A program made the translations under genes and the position numbers. The notes under the pieces are model-generated. The model saw only the letters and a program-made list of their open reading frames with translations. It was not told where the DNA came from and did no database searches. This document shows positions 40,506-54,960 of a stretch of DNA of 64,000 bases, one piece after another; positions within the stretch are counted from its first letter, which is position 1; each line of letters opens with the position of its first letter. Source of the DNA: Octopus sinensis (taxonomy: Eukaryota); assembly GCF_006345805.1 (NCBI RefSeq), contig NC_042997.1, positions 180,172,001 through 180,236,000 of the forward strand, read 5' to 3'.

Positions 40506-41908
40506 TATATACTTGACTAATATGACGGAATTCCTTAAGTAAATTCAGTGGCACTTATCCGTACAGTTTCATGATTGTGAACGTGCACTGAACAGCATAC
40601 TATCATGTTCTACCCAATATTATTTTTTTTTACTTAATTATATACACATATATACTTAGTTATGACATATGTGTGTATGGGTTTTAACATAGAGAGTATG
40701 TTCTGAATGCGTCACCCATACCGTTTAGATAAAGATCAGGTACTGCCGTACTTTGGGAGTCAAATCACCATTGACTACTTAATGTTTTGTCAAAAGAGAT
40801 TTACACGGAAATGTGGTAGATATTTTCAAAAAGCACCTTGAACATTTACTGTCCAAGATTTCAGAGAAACATACATACAGCATCAAGGAAAGAAATTCCA
40901 ACGAGAGCAGCAGTATCAATCTCCCTTAATCGCCAAACACCAAGCATATGAGAATGGTCGTAGAAAGGTAGATAGCATTGGAGTTACCCCAGCACTGCAA
41001 GCCTTAGTCTGAAATGCATGAGTCTATACACGAAAATATAACATAGGCTACCACTTACCATTATTTACTTCCTTTCTTGTAAGTAAAAGTGAAGTAGACC
41101 TGAACATTTTATGCTTTTCTTTTTGGAACTTATCCGAGCGCCGTATTTAATATTCTTTCTTAAAACCACTTCTGTAGAGGCCTTCACTTTTGTAGGCGAA
41201 ATTAGAATTTGCAAATCCAGATTTGACATTGACTAGATGTAACTTGAAATTAATTAAATCATCTTATTGATTATGCATCTTGTATTCAACCAACCACAAT
41301 GCAATTACATATGTAATCGTGATTTTCTAAACAGAGAAAAATTAAACTATTATCGTTTCGGCGTATTCTTCCACACCTAAGGATAAAAATTATACATAAG
41401 TAACGTTTTCGACCGTTAAGGCGAGTTCTTCGATTACATCGATAGAAACCGCATTATATGTACAAAGTGCACATGTTATTACTTGTATATAGATGCAATA
41501 TATCATCCTGAAACGACAACATACCATCATTAAAATTGAATGACAAGTTAGAAAATGACCACGTCTGGTGTAACTTTGATCATAAATATGGACAATGAGA
41601 GATGACTTGAGGTTACACGCCAAGTTCACCATCAATACAATCGCCACCAACGCAACGACATCATTACTGCAATCATGATCATGATCATCATCATCATCAT
41701 TAACACCAAAATCAAGTCATTGTGAATATCAACCCGTAATACGAAACGGAATGAATCATTTAATATCTCTTTTTATCGACTTCATACGTTGTTTTGTATT
41801 TGAGGAACCTGTACGTGATAAGTTTTCAGAAATGCTAATCAAATTCTGAATACAGTCTGGCATTCCACAATGAGAAAGACTTTCAAAATTTCTCTTCCTT
41901 CCATATAC

Positions 41909-41958
<50 letters not shown>

Positions 41959-42671
41959 GTATATATGAATATATATGTATGTATGTATGTTTATGAATGT
42001 ATATATATCAATAAATATATATATACATACATACATGTACATGCATATATATATTGTGTGTTGGTTTGCTTATAAACATTTATACATATGTTTGCCCGTT
42101 TTGTGATCCTTACTTTTCGGATGTCAACTCTCTTACATCCCCGTCTCATTCCAGTCTGCTATTTTGGCAGTAGTATATATAATATGAAGAGGCATTTCAT
42201 CGTATTTCTTCGCTTGTTTCATAATGATTACCAAACAATGCATTTTGGATACCCTTATTTTTGTATGTGTGTAGACTTTTGATGTGAAAGTTAGGAACGT
42301 GTGGCCTCATAGTTACGAAACTAGTAATTATAAATTATAATATGGAAATTATAAAATTCAGGATAAAAACACTTTTTTTTAATCGTATGTTCAATTTTGC
42401 TCTTACACTTCCTATATTCTTGGCTAAAGCATAACGTGAATAACATGTCTTGTTGGGTATATCATGGTGGGATTAAATTTTGCTCGCTTTCTGAAATATT
42501 TCATCCGTGTAGAGACTGTGCATTCTCAAGTTTAAAAGACAGTTATGAAAAACAACTCCCTATATTTAATTATATATTAACAGAAGGCAAAGTAAGTGAG
42601 AAATACTGAAAACAATTCTGAGGTGAATCTATATATGCATAAGTGGTAAGTTTGTACCATATATATATATA

Positions 42672-44325
42672 TTATCAACACTCATCACGATGATTGACAC
42701 ACAATCCTCTATTTTAAAGGAAATAGAAAAACAGTCTACAGACGGAAAACTTGGAAATGAACATATAAACTCTGGAATTAAGAATTTAGCTGAAATGACA
42801 CCAACAACTGTAAAATCTACAACAAAAAGCCTATCACAACCTCCTTGGATGTCAGAAATAAACGAAAGAAATCTGGAAAAAGAGGCACACTGAAAAAGAG
42901 AAGAGATACGGAAGACATGGAAAAAAACTTCTTAACATAAGAAAACAAAACTTCTGGAAGGCATATAAATGCGAAAAATATGCTGAAATATATTCTAAAT
43001 GGATATTTTTTGCGGCACCCATACTTACTCGGAAGTACCTGATAAATGAAATTGCAGGAGAACCAGAGGAAGAAACAAAACTGCGATGGGATCTTAATTT
43101 GATAAAATTCAGGACAGACATCTCCATTACCCTGTCTAAACAATCCCGCTGCAAAGCCAAATACGAAGCTATCGATGAATATCCAAACTAACGACCGGCA
43201 GTATAGCAGAAAAATGCGAGAACTATGGACCAGAGATATCTCAAAAGAAGAAAGCAGATCAAGAAAGTTTTGGCAGCTGAAACAATTATTTCTCGACAAA
43301 TATGCTACAAATTGCGGTAAAGACACCATAACTCTGAGAAGTAGCATTAAAAGTGGACAACTTCACCAAAGCAACATAGGCCAGAACACGTGGCAACATG
43401 AACACCCGTTTCACCACGAATCGAAGATGAACTACGGTAAGAACTCTTCCTTTTTGTATGCAAACATCCTATATGCACACAACATGAACAAAAAGCACAA
43501 ACAAAATAGATATTCCTCTAATCAGACCATTAGCAGTAGAAATAACAGGAGATCATTTTCAAGACCTCAACAGAAATTACCCACAAGAAACTGCACAAAA
43601 AACCGATCTAGATCTGGAAGTAAACCCAGATCATTTCCTCAAACAAAAATACCCATCTCTACTTATAGAAAATGGCATACAGCGGGCTATAAAAATACCC
43701 ATACAACAACTTAAAACAACCCAAGGAAGAGGAAAACAAGAACAATTCATACCATTCATAGCGACACACAACCCATGTCACCAGAATATCTTCAACATTG
43801 CCAAAGCAAACCTACCAATCATTGCTCAAAGTAATGAATTAAAAGATATAATCACGGATCGAGCTATGGTTCTTAGTAAAAGACAGCCTAAAAACTTGAA
43901 AAAATTACTAACAAAGGCAAAATTTGACCTTAGCAACAAAGACCAAACATTCACTGTATCTAAATGCAATAATAGCCGATTCATACATACCGGCCAATAT
44001 ATAAACACAAAAACCGGGAAAATATTCACAAACGCGAATATGAAGTGCAACAGCAGAAACTTAATTTGCTGCATCAAATGCCCAAATTGTGAAGAAATAT
44101 ATGTAGGTCAGACGGGAAATGCACTATCAGAACGCTCACGTGTACACCGACAACAGATTAGAGACCCAGAGGTCCATCAGATACCTTTGAGTAACCACCT
44201 AGCAAAATGTGATCGGAAAATATATATGATATTTCCATTCTACAAATTAAACAGCCCAAGTGAAATCGAGAGGAAAGTTAGAGAAAAAAAAATTATTGAT
44301 AAATTCGAACCCAAGCTAAATAAGC

Positions 44326-44357
<32 letters not shown>

Positions 44358-44950
44358 GAGGTACTACTTCTACTGCTACGCCCATGACCACTAACAACAA
44401 CAGCAATACTAAAGGTGATCAAGATGAAGATAACAGGAAAATTATCTTATTTAGGGTTAAAAGTTCAATGATGATGATGACAATTGAAATATAAAAATCT
44501 CTTACAAAGGCTATCTACAACATTTCTAAAAATAGCCCAACAATTACTGCCTCGGCCAGGGTTAAGATACTGGACACTTGACATGTTCAACAAAGCGTGA
44601 CGCCTAAACCAACCAATCAGCTTCAGTAATTGGGTGATGCTACACACTGATTGGTCAGAATACAGTTTGCAAAACCTAGCAATCTGGAGCCCACACAACT
44701 GTATTTATGGTACAGATTTAACCATCTCGCTACAGTCAAAAATTGTGAAGCATGACTACTACATGAACCTTAAGATTGCATAATTTAATGCATGAAAGTA
44801 CTAGTTCAATCAGAATGAACATTCAACATTCTATTATTTTATTTTATTTTATTTTATTCTATTATCTTATATTATATCATTATAAGATTGTAAATAAAAC
44901 GTGAAAATCAGACAAGGTTGGAATTCCTTTTATTAATGTATTCTTCAATA
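42672..44950 (+). mobile_element. PLE (Neptune-like endonuclease) lacking its RT core
   Basis: Frameshifted N-terminal coding region 42690-43630 joined to thumb FLKQKYPSLLIENG..IPFIATHNP, linker SKRQPKNLKKLLTKAKF and GIY-YIG NLICCIKCPNCEEIYVGQTG..R..HRQQI..KFEPKLN (stop 44330); 3' UTR with HHR. Clade name is an inference. Confidence 0.82.
44764..44808 (+). ncRNA. Minimal type I hammerhead ribozyme, one core substitution
   Basis: TGAAC-CTTAAGA-T-TGCAT(AATTTA)ATGCA-T-GAAA-GTAC-TA-GTTCA: palindromic AGTACT helix III, 5-bp helix I, G5 changed to T. Confidence 0.7.
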
Positions 44951-44967
44951 CACAATCACACACACCC

Positions 44968-45022
<55 letters not shown>

Positions 45023-45144
45023 TATATATATATAATGATTAATGATTGTTTGATTTCACTTTTTCAATATCAGTGTCAATCGACACTGGAAAAAGTATAT
45101 GTATTTGTGAGGGAAACTGAATTCTCGTCGACAACTATGATTGT

Positions 45145-45189
45145 CACACGCTGATGATAGGTAAACACCTTGAAACTCGAGTCCGTGTG
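45145..45189 (+). ncRNA. Type I hammerhead ribozyme, fully intact
   Basis: CACACG-CTGATGA-T-AGGT(AAAC)ACCT-T-GAAA-CTCGAG-TC-CGTGTG: GUC site after 45183, palindromic ACTCGAGT helix III, 6-bp helix I that extends much further. Confidence 0.85.
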
Positions 45190-45353
45190 TATCATAAGTT
45201 GAAGACGGGAAGGATGACTTCCCTTCACAAATACTGATAGGGCACAGATAGTGTTCTATAGCCAGCTGGAGGAGGTATCTTCCTGGGGCTACAAACTACA
45301 GTAGCATCCACCCTTAGGGGTTAGCCATATTCAAATGGCAAATATGCGTCACG

Positions 45354-45470
<117 letters not shown>

Positions 45471-45578
45471 GGTAGTATCAGCACCAAGCGGTATTTAAGC
45501 ATAAGCGAACATTAACTTAGTTGGAATATGTTTATGACATATTTAAACTTCTAGAGTCAAATTCCCTGTCACTTTCGA

Positions 45579-45728
45579 ACAAGAAGAAGAAGAAGAAGAA
45601 GAAGAAGAAGAAGAAGGAAAGAAGAAGAAGGAAAGAAGAAGAAGAAGAAAAAGAAGAAGAAGAAGAAGAAGAAGAAGAAGAAGAAGAAGAAGAAGAAGAA
45701 GAAGAAGAAGAAGAAAAAGAAGAAGAAA
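45579..45728. repeat. (GAA)n microsatellite, imperfect
   Basis: Direct reading. Confidence 0.95.
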
Positions 45729-46189
45729 TGTTGATAATGGTAACGACTCAATTGCACACTGTAAATAAAAAATATACCCATAAAAAAAGCATTATATAAA
45801 ATTATTTTTGTCATATTGTCGACACATTTATTGTAGCGGTGTGTTACAAATTGCTATCATAACATTGAATGTTTGTTAATACGATAAACTATCAATTAGG
45901 AGAAATTTAAAGTTTTATTGCTAAATATCGATTCAGTGTATAGAAAAATATTAATATGGAAAAAAAAACTAAGAGGGCAACGATCGACAACATTATTTAC
46001 TAGACTGTGATTAATTGGTATATAAGTTAGGGATAATCGTTACAGAGAGTTGATGTTAGAAGAAATTTACCCAACGCTTTTCTTGAAATTCTCAATATAG
46101 ATTATATACTAATATAAAATCATGGAAATCAAATTTATTAATCTTTTAGAGTAAAAAAGTAAATATAAGTAGCGCAGTAAATGTAGGGG

Positions 46190-46650
<461 letters not shown>

Positions 46651-47552
46651 GAAGTAAATATAACAAGTAATAATAGATGCTTAAAAGCGATTCCCAACAA
46701 TTGCAAAATTGTTTATCCTCAAATAAAATACGACTGTAACAATTTTCCAATTATTATTTACTATGAAAATCCGTCGCCTGATATTCGTTAACCGGTAGTT
46801 ACTATGTTTGCATTGAAATCTAGGAACTTTGAGGGGCCTTTTCTAAAGTGACTTTGAAATAATTTTAACTATGTAGCTAAAAAGAATTTTGAGGGCGAAT
46901 GAGGAAAACTGCGTACTCTATTGTGCAATCTATTATATAGTTTAGCAATAAAACTGACTTTTTGGTGCATTTAGTTTAAGCCATAAATAGCAAATGCGTT
47001 GAAGAAATATTTACTTGTAGATTTTTAACAACATACAATTAAACTGATGTCTCAGTATATCACAGATGCAACTCTGAGGAATCTAGCTTTTAGAAAGCAA
47101 CACTATATTTAATGTCTGATCACACATTTAGCACCACCAATCTCGAATGTTACGGCTTCACTAACATCGATACTATATAAGATCAGGATGGAAGGAATTA
47201 CCTCAATAAAGATGTGTATAACTAAGATAGATAAATGAATACTTGCAAGATTTTTAAATAGCACCGTCATACTTGCACACTTATACGCGCACAAAAATGA
47301 AGAATGAAAACCATTGACCGTCGCGACTAAAATGGCTGAGTAGGTCCATGATGAGAATATCATTACTAGAGCGCATTTGAAAACAAATAGTTCAAGAACG
47401 GAGTCGAGTAAACGATGTGATCACAGAACACTGAAACACAAGTGAGTGGGATTGACTCAGTGCACAGCCTTTCCTCACTTAAAAAAAAATCTTCTTGCAC
47501 AGGCATTGCACGATAACAACATTGATTAAGCTTCGTGCAATGGCCATACATT

Positions 47553-48975
47553 GTTTAATAAATGTACTCACATGCTACCATATTTTGACGCTACGACATA
47601 AATTAGATAGAATATGGTTTTAAGATGGTCAGTTCCTTATCTGCGTAAATAGATTCATGGGATGACTTCAGATAGTTCTTAAGTGATTAATATTTTCAGT
47701 GTGTAGTTATGAACCTGCAAAATCCCTCACTACTGGAAAAATCAGAGTACAGGACAGTACCGTAACTACTTAAAAGATGATAATACATTGTGCGAAAAGG
47801 GAAAGGGGAACTAACAAACTATAATAAAGCGAAACACAAAAGACATCTGACTGGGTGCCGTTTGTTTAATACATGTACTCACATGCTACCATATTTTGAC
47901 GCTACGACATAAATTGACGATAGAGTGAACAAGGTGTCTATACCAGTGATGAATTGTAAATGCTTAAGTAATCGTAGCCAATTGGTGCTATGAAAGGCAA
48001 TCTATTTATTTTAGAAGTTTAAATATATAGAACTATTATACGAATTTAGACAGAAGGTTTAACCAGTTAATAATAAGGAGTTTTGAAATTTTGCCAACAA
48101 GTGCTTTCAAATTTGAAATGACGCAAGTTATTACCTATACATGATCTACAACAACTATCCTATGCCTAATCATAAGATATTGCGTTGCAGCGTCTAAAGC
48201 TAGCGTTTCTATACCTTAATTTCTATTTTAATTAGCTTCGCACAAATATATAATTAACGCAAAATATCAAAGTCGATTTGGTCGACCAGATTGTTTTCAC
48301 TCTTTCATAAATCAATTGTGACTTGCACAAAACGAATATGTAAATATACCAGCCAAAGAGATGTCCAGTCAATCGATCACAGCCACGCTTCTATGACATG
48401 GCATTTCAGATTAAATTGAAGCAATTCATTATAATATATGGCAAATTCCGCGCAATGCGTTCTATATCAACTGCAGTTCTTCTTCCTTCCGTCTCTCACT
48501 CTATTCGACTCAAAAGTGGGTCCTCCAAATGGCCACTCGTTCTGTTACAAATATTATACTCAATGTTTGCAAAATTTTTGCAACCATCTTCAAACAGCGC
48601 AAGTCAGATTATATATAAGATCGTATTCATGTATATCCCTAAAAATACACGCTGGCAACAGCTATATTTATGTTGGATAGGGTATGGTCTTGCTCAAAAT
48701 AATAGTTTTCACAATTTTAAAGTGAAACACAAAATATGCCCGACTAGGTTCCGTTTATTTGATACATCTACTCACATGCTGCCATAATTTGACGCTACAA
48801 CTTAAATTAAAGAGAATGAACAAAGTGACTATACCAGTGATTAATTGTAAATGCTTAAGTAATCGTAGCCAATCGGTGCTATGAAAGGCAATCTCTTTAT
48901 TTTAGAAATTTAAATATATGCAACTATTATGAAATGAATTTAGACGGAAGGATTAACTAGTTAATAATAAAGCGC
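47553..48975. repeat. Locally triplicated segment
   Basis: ~55-bp core ACTCACATGCT(A/G)CCATA(T/A)TTTGACGCTAC at about 47553, 47864 and 48755; ~220-bp extension shared by the last two copies. Confidence 0.85.
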
Positions 48976-50514
48976 AAAGTTGACCCATTAATTAGTACGT
49001 TATTTTGTCGTCCCTGAGAGATTGAAAAGCAAAGTTGAGTTTAGCGGAATTTGGACCCAGGAGATTAAACAAATCCCAAGAATTATTCAAAAGGATATTG
49101 TGATAGTCTTTAAATTTATAATATCACTTCTTATACAGGTTTTACTCATCGCAAAACCTTTTTTTATATGGCTTTTTGATAACTTCATAGATGCTGTGAC
49201 CAATGAAGTATTTTTACCCAGGCATTGGTCCGGCTATATATAACAGGCACATCTGCCTTACATCAGATATAAATAGCTTTAAAATGGAGAGTGCGTCATC
49301 TAATCTATAAAGCATAGCGAATACTGGACGATATTTTAATCGTTACTAAATTTTAAAAAAACTATGCTACTAATCTATTATTTCTTACTGTATTATAAAT
49401 GTGAATTTGAAGAATATATTCCAATAAGAGCTATTAACAATAAAGGAAACATCGACATTGAGACACATGAAATCAACATTAGTAGCTGAAAGCTCCTAAA
49501 TGACAATAACAAAACATAATGATAAAGACGACGGAAACTTTTGAGCTTGATACAACAACGAGATTGGCCATGGACAAAAGAAAGGAAGCAAAGCATGAAG
49601 AATGCTTAAGTAAGGACTCTAAGATACAAGCAGAGGAAAGCCCTCCAATTAGGCCGAGTGCCTGAAACGCAACGTAGAGACAATGGCCATGATGTAACCA
49701 TTTTACTCGACAGCAAGCAGTTGTGTACGGCATTTCAACAATGTTTTGCTTGACTCTTCGGTATGCGTGCTAAACACGATGTGAGCTTGATTTCAGTATG
49801 TACCTCACTAGTTTACTGCGGTTCTTGTCAAGAGAAGCGGAATGTTGCAAAAATGCAATAAAGCTAAGACCGGTTAAACAGGGGTAAAATTGCCGAATTT
49901 GGATGGTCAGCAGTATGATATTTACGTTTATATAACAAACGTGTTTGGAAAACTTTTGGAAGATATGTTACAAAACTGGCAAAATGAAAGTAAATAGGGA
50001 GAAAGAAGTTATGGAAGATATAACGCTATTTGTTTTAAAAAGGAAAGTGTCTACCTTGTTAATTAGATGAGGTAACTCACAAAGGTTTGAATTGGGCAAT
50101 ATCACCAATATTGACAGTATGTGTCTTGTGTAAAAAATGCGGCAGTTGTAGACTTTGTTTTGCGGGGTAAGAAGTGCTCAGTGATAAAAGTCTTCATAAA
50201 ACGGAAACTTGTTTAAGATGTGGTTTGGGAAGGGAAAATATCGAGTTTACAGAGAGTTTTTTCAGAATTTCATAGGGTATTGGTCGAAACAATCTCTTAC
50301 AAGATACCATGTTTCACTTAAATCTAAAATTACAAGTGTTACAGTATTTAAAATTCATAAATTGCAATAGAAGATGTCGGTAACTTGGAAGTAGTTCGGG
50401 ACCTGTATATATTTATAATAAAAAATAAAATGATTTCTTGCAAAATGAAAAGATGTTTCTTACGAAGGCATCGCTCTAGTTTCGAAAATATCGGTAATTA
50501 CACTTTTACGCTTT

Positions 50515-50829
50515 TACTTTTTTTTAGTCATTTCACTGCGGCCATGCTGGAGCACCGCATTTAGTCGATGAAATCGATCCCGGGACTTATTCTTTGTAAG
50601 CCTAGTACTTATTCTATCGGACTCTTTTGCCGAACCGCTAAGTTACGGGGACGTAGACACACCAGAATCTGGGCTTCTTTCAGTTTCCATTTACCAACTC
50701 TACTCACAAGGCTTTGGTCGGCCCGAGGCTATAGTAGAAGACACTTGCCCAAGGTGCCACACTGTGGGACTGAACCCGGAACTATGTGGTTGGTAAGCAA
50801 GCTACTTACCACACAACCACTCCTGCGCC
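50515..50829 (-). mobile_element. SINE type B with internal deletion
   Basis: Aligns with 10957-11373 but lacks the microsatellite region. Confidence 0.88.
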
Positions 50830-51118
50830 AATAAAATCTCAGGAAAAAAATCATAGCGTTACCCTATATAATTATCAACATTTTATTTATAAACAAAAAT
50901 CGTGTTTCATATAGATTTCTTACCTTACAGTTTCTTGTTAATAACATGCGAGAAATACAAGCTAATAATGAAGTGGGTAATGATAAAGAGAAGTGTGAAT
51001 GATCACGCAAGGTTCAATGCGTGTATTTGTCTTATCTTCCACACGACCTCAGGTTACTTATTTTCTCGTTGAGCGTAGATTCTGACACACATTCACAACG
51101 AAGATACAGAAACACACA

Positions 51119-51159
<41 letters not shown>

Positions 51160-52001
51160 TCACACACACACAAATACACACAGACACTTGTGTGTATGTA
51201 GTATTCATAATTTAGCACCATAGGAAAATAGGCACCAGTAATAGGATGTAAATCACTATATACACAGCGCATAGCTGATAGCACAATTTGATATAGGCTT
51301 CACTTTACCATTATCTAAATATTCTTAAAATTAATGATATTCCATTATACATTCGATATGCTATATTAAAAGAAACGCTTGAAATAATGCTCTAAATTGT
51401 GTAGATGTACTGACTGTCATATGCTAATCTCATGATCAAAGAAATCTGTTAACGAGACAAACAACAAACAGCATGGAAAGATAACGAATACACATTCTCG
51501 GTAGCGAAATGCTGTAATACACAGCTTACTTCACGATTAACTCGAGGATCGTTACCTTACGGCAAATACATACTTTATGTTCCTAGGAATACACTAGATA
51601 GCATATATTTCATTGTCACAGATTCGAACGTTACCTTGGACTATGATATAAGAGTTCTGCTGTCAGTGTATGGTTTTCAAGAAATCGGAAATTTAGCATG
51701 CGCTTGGTAAAAATAAAAATGCGCAAGGTAAAAGTAAAATAATATGTGATTCTGGTGACGCACTGATATACTGTATAATGAGGATACTTGAATCATTATG
51801 CATTTAACATTTTGTGGTATACTGGAGACTGAGCAAGAAATAATACTGGCGCACTAGAGTTTAAGTAATAAAAAATGCTCGTGAGAAAATGTTCAAGTCT
51901 GAAACGTTCATTGCATATTTTGCATGCGAAATATTACAAAGCTATGTTTTAAATGTAAAAATAGGAATATTATTGTTTTAACCATTATATATGTACATAA
52001 G

Positions 52002-52373
52002 GGAAGTGCAATAGCCCAGTAGTTAGGGCAGCGGACTCGTGGTCGTAGGATCGCGGTTTCGACTCTCAGACTGGGCGTTGTGACTGTTTATTGAGTGAAA
52101 ACACCTAACGCTTCACGAGGCTCCAGCAGGGGGTGGTGAAGAACCCTGCTGTACTCTTTCACCACAACATTCTCTCAATGTTTTTCCTGTTTCTGTTGCA
52201 CCTGTATTTGAAAGGGCCAGCCTTCTCACAATGTCTCGATGATTCTCCCCGAGAACTACATTAAGAGTACACGCGTCTGTAGGATGCTAAGCCACTTGCA
52301 CGTTAATTTCACGAGTAGGCTGTTCCGTTGATCGGATTAACTGGAACCCTCGTCGTCATAACCGGCGGAGTGC
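52002..52373 (+). mobile_element. Full SINE type A with tail 1
   Basis: Aligns end to end with 14222-14600. Confidence 0.9.
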
Positions 52374-53685
52374 CACGACGACGATGTACATACGAAAATT
52401 ATGAATACATTTCTCAAGACACTCAAGTATTCACATGAATTTTCATAAGACTTCAAGTGTACGTTTTAAAATCTACACTGCATAGATGGCTGTATTGTTT
52501 AGAGGTTCGTTGACCAGCCACGATATCTCAGGCTCAACCCTTGGGTATGTAGCTACTGCTGTATTCTCGAACTGACTAAGATCTCGTGAGTGAAAATTTC
52601 GGTAATTGTCTGGAAGCCCGTATTCACATGCTTTATTTTTGTCCCAAAACCTCTTGACAGACGATTCTCATTTCTTTAAGTTTCCATAACATAGCGAATC
52701 AGTAGAAGAGACCAGTAGAATAAATATTAAACTTTAAAAAAAAACAAAAACAAACGGAAGAAAGCTTCGGGCTCGGTCTTTTCGAATATACAGAAGGTGG
52801 TGGCATAGGATGGCTTCAGTGCAATTAATATAACACGTAAATGAATAATAGAAAATTGCACGTGCAGTGTATGATCAACTACTCCAATGTATCCACGTGA
52901 GAAACACTGAAATTAGAAATATTAAATGACATAGTAATCGTCCAGGTTACACTGCACCTTTTTGTTTACATGGTCTGATTGCTGATATTTTAATATCTTG
53001 GCTATACAGTGTAACGTGAGTCACGTCAATGAAACCTTTTATAAGTGTCTAACATCATATCGACCTGTAATAATGAGAGAATCTTAACATCAACCAACTG
53101 TGCAAGGTTAACACTAAAGCACGTTTCGATGCATTTCAATTTGTTTGTATATTTGATTGTCAACTACAGAAAGTTAAACGGTTTATTCACATAATTCTCA
53201 GAAAGTTACTAAATGAGAATTAATAGGAATTTACCTCAAGTTTAATGAGAAATAGAATTTGATGGAATCTTTTATGGGTTCTTTCGTAGATGTTAACACA
53301 GATTTATCTAACTGTACAGATACAGAAGACAAGTCATTGAACTTGCGACTATAAAACGAAACAAACTTATATAATGAATTAAGAAGTATGAGTTATTTAA
53401 AGATTTCTATTAATCGTTGTCAGATGTGTATTAAGACAAGCAGCATATGTGTGTATGTGTGTCTGCGTGTATCTATATTTGTGTGTATTTATATATGCAT
53501 ACGTACACATTCATATGCATATATAAGTAAAACATGATAGGGTATCGATACAATAATTTGTCAAAGGACATTGAATTTAATACTGCTGATAATGCAAAAG
53601 AGCAATCGTCTCGAATTGATTTTATTTGCATATTTCCACATACGAATTTTCAATGTTTATTTTGGAACTAAACCATGAATACAAG

Positions 53686-53697
53686 TGAATATATATA

Positions 53698-53795
<98 letters not shown>

Positions 53796-53861
53796 GTATG
53801 TATATATATAAATTCGTGCACGCGTATGTGAATGTGTGTGTAGGAGTGTGTGTATGTGTGC

Positions 53862-53896
<35 letters not shown>

Positions 53897-53904
53897 ATAT
53901 ATAT

Positions 53905-53962
<58 letters not shown>

Positions 53963-53972
53963 GCAGTATAAA

Positions 53973-54026
<54 letters not shown>

Positions 54027-54035
54027 TATATATAG
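53686..54035. repeat. Long (TA)n compound microsatellite
   Basis: Direct reading. Confidence 0.96.
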
Positions 54036-54454
54036 GCTGAAAAACTTCCCAAACAATGTTTCAGAGTTTCACGTAACCGATCATCGGACAGAAACGAGCT
54101 TTTGGAAAGATATGATGACTCATAAATATTCATAAATTATGCAGTTATAGTTATTCAGTAATTCATCAAAGAAACATTTAATGCTAATTTCCTTGACGGA
54201 ACATCATTATTGTAATATAAACATTAAAAACTAGTCCAAAACTAATTAAAAACTGAATCAATAATTTACATATATGAGGGATTTACGCTCTATGAATATT
54301 ACACTTGCATACGTATACATGCATACATGTGCACATGCATTCATATACATACACGTATAATTGAGTGCTGAATTTTAAGATACCTAAGTGCGGCTAGTCC
54401 TCAATGTCCCAAATATAGATTTTATATCACAATGATCAATGATAAGATACTTAA

Positions 54455-54960
54455 TTCGGTTTCGGTGAGGATTACTTTCCCTGCAAACATCAGCTCCGTT
54501 AGTGATCAACCGACTGGTATATTCCGATTTGGGGTCACACGGTACACCCTTCAAAATTGTTTCAGAGCTCCCTTATCCATGACTTTCCTATTCGATTTAC
54601 TAAGGGTTCTTCTAAAAGTGTCGACAAAGCAAAGCGTTCCGCCTGTACATTAGATCTGGAATGGCATGGTGCCGTAGATATATGTTCTAAGCCGAACGTT
54701 TCACAAAATTGGTTTAATTTGCTAGAACAAATTGCGTTCCATTGTCAGATTTTATCTTGTCTAGGAGGAAAAATCTTGCAAACTATTCGTGTCAAATATC
54801 TATCATAGTTGAGAAGGTTAGTTTTTACACTTGCAAATTTCAGGCCATTTCGAAAAACTATCAACTACCACTAAGTATAACCGTTTAAAAAGCCAGTGAA
54901 ATCGATGTGTCGTCTCCACCACGGAACATCTACTTTTGGCCCAGGTTCACTTTTTGTAAT
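54455..54960 (-). pseudogene. Gypsy/Ty3 LTR retrotransposon integrase core remnant
   Basis: PW..HIDFTG..VVVDSFSKWPE..FARF..SDNGTQF..APCHSRSNVQAERF-VDTFRR..YRVTPN..ELMF. No LTRs found. Confidence 0.88.

Noticed and set aside
48380-48620. Possible mariner N-terminal remnant on the minus strand (RWLQKF)
   Set aside because: Too degenerate to call; no TIR or catalytic motifs seen.
54050-54100. Minus-strand CCGATGA..GAAAC next to a (TA)n array
   Set aside because: Core mutated and helices I and III do not pair; at best a decayed HHR, not listed as a feature.
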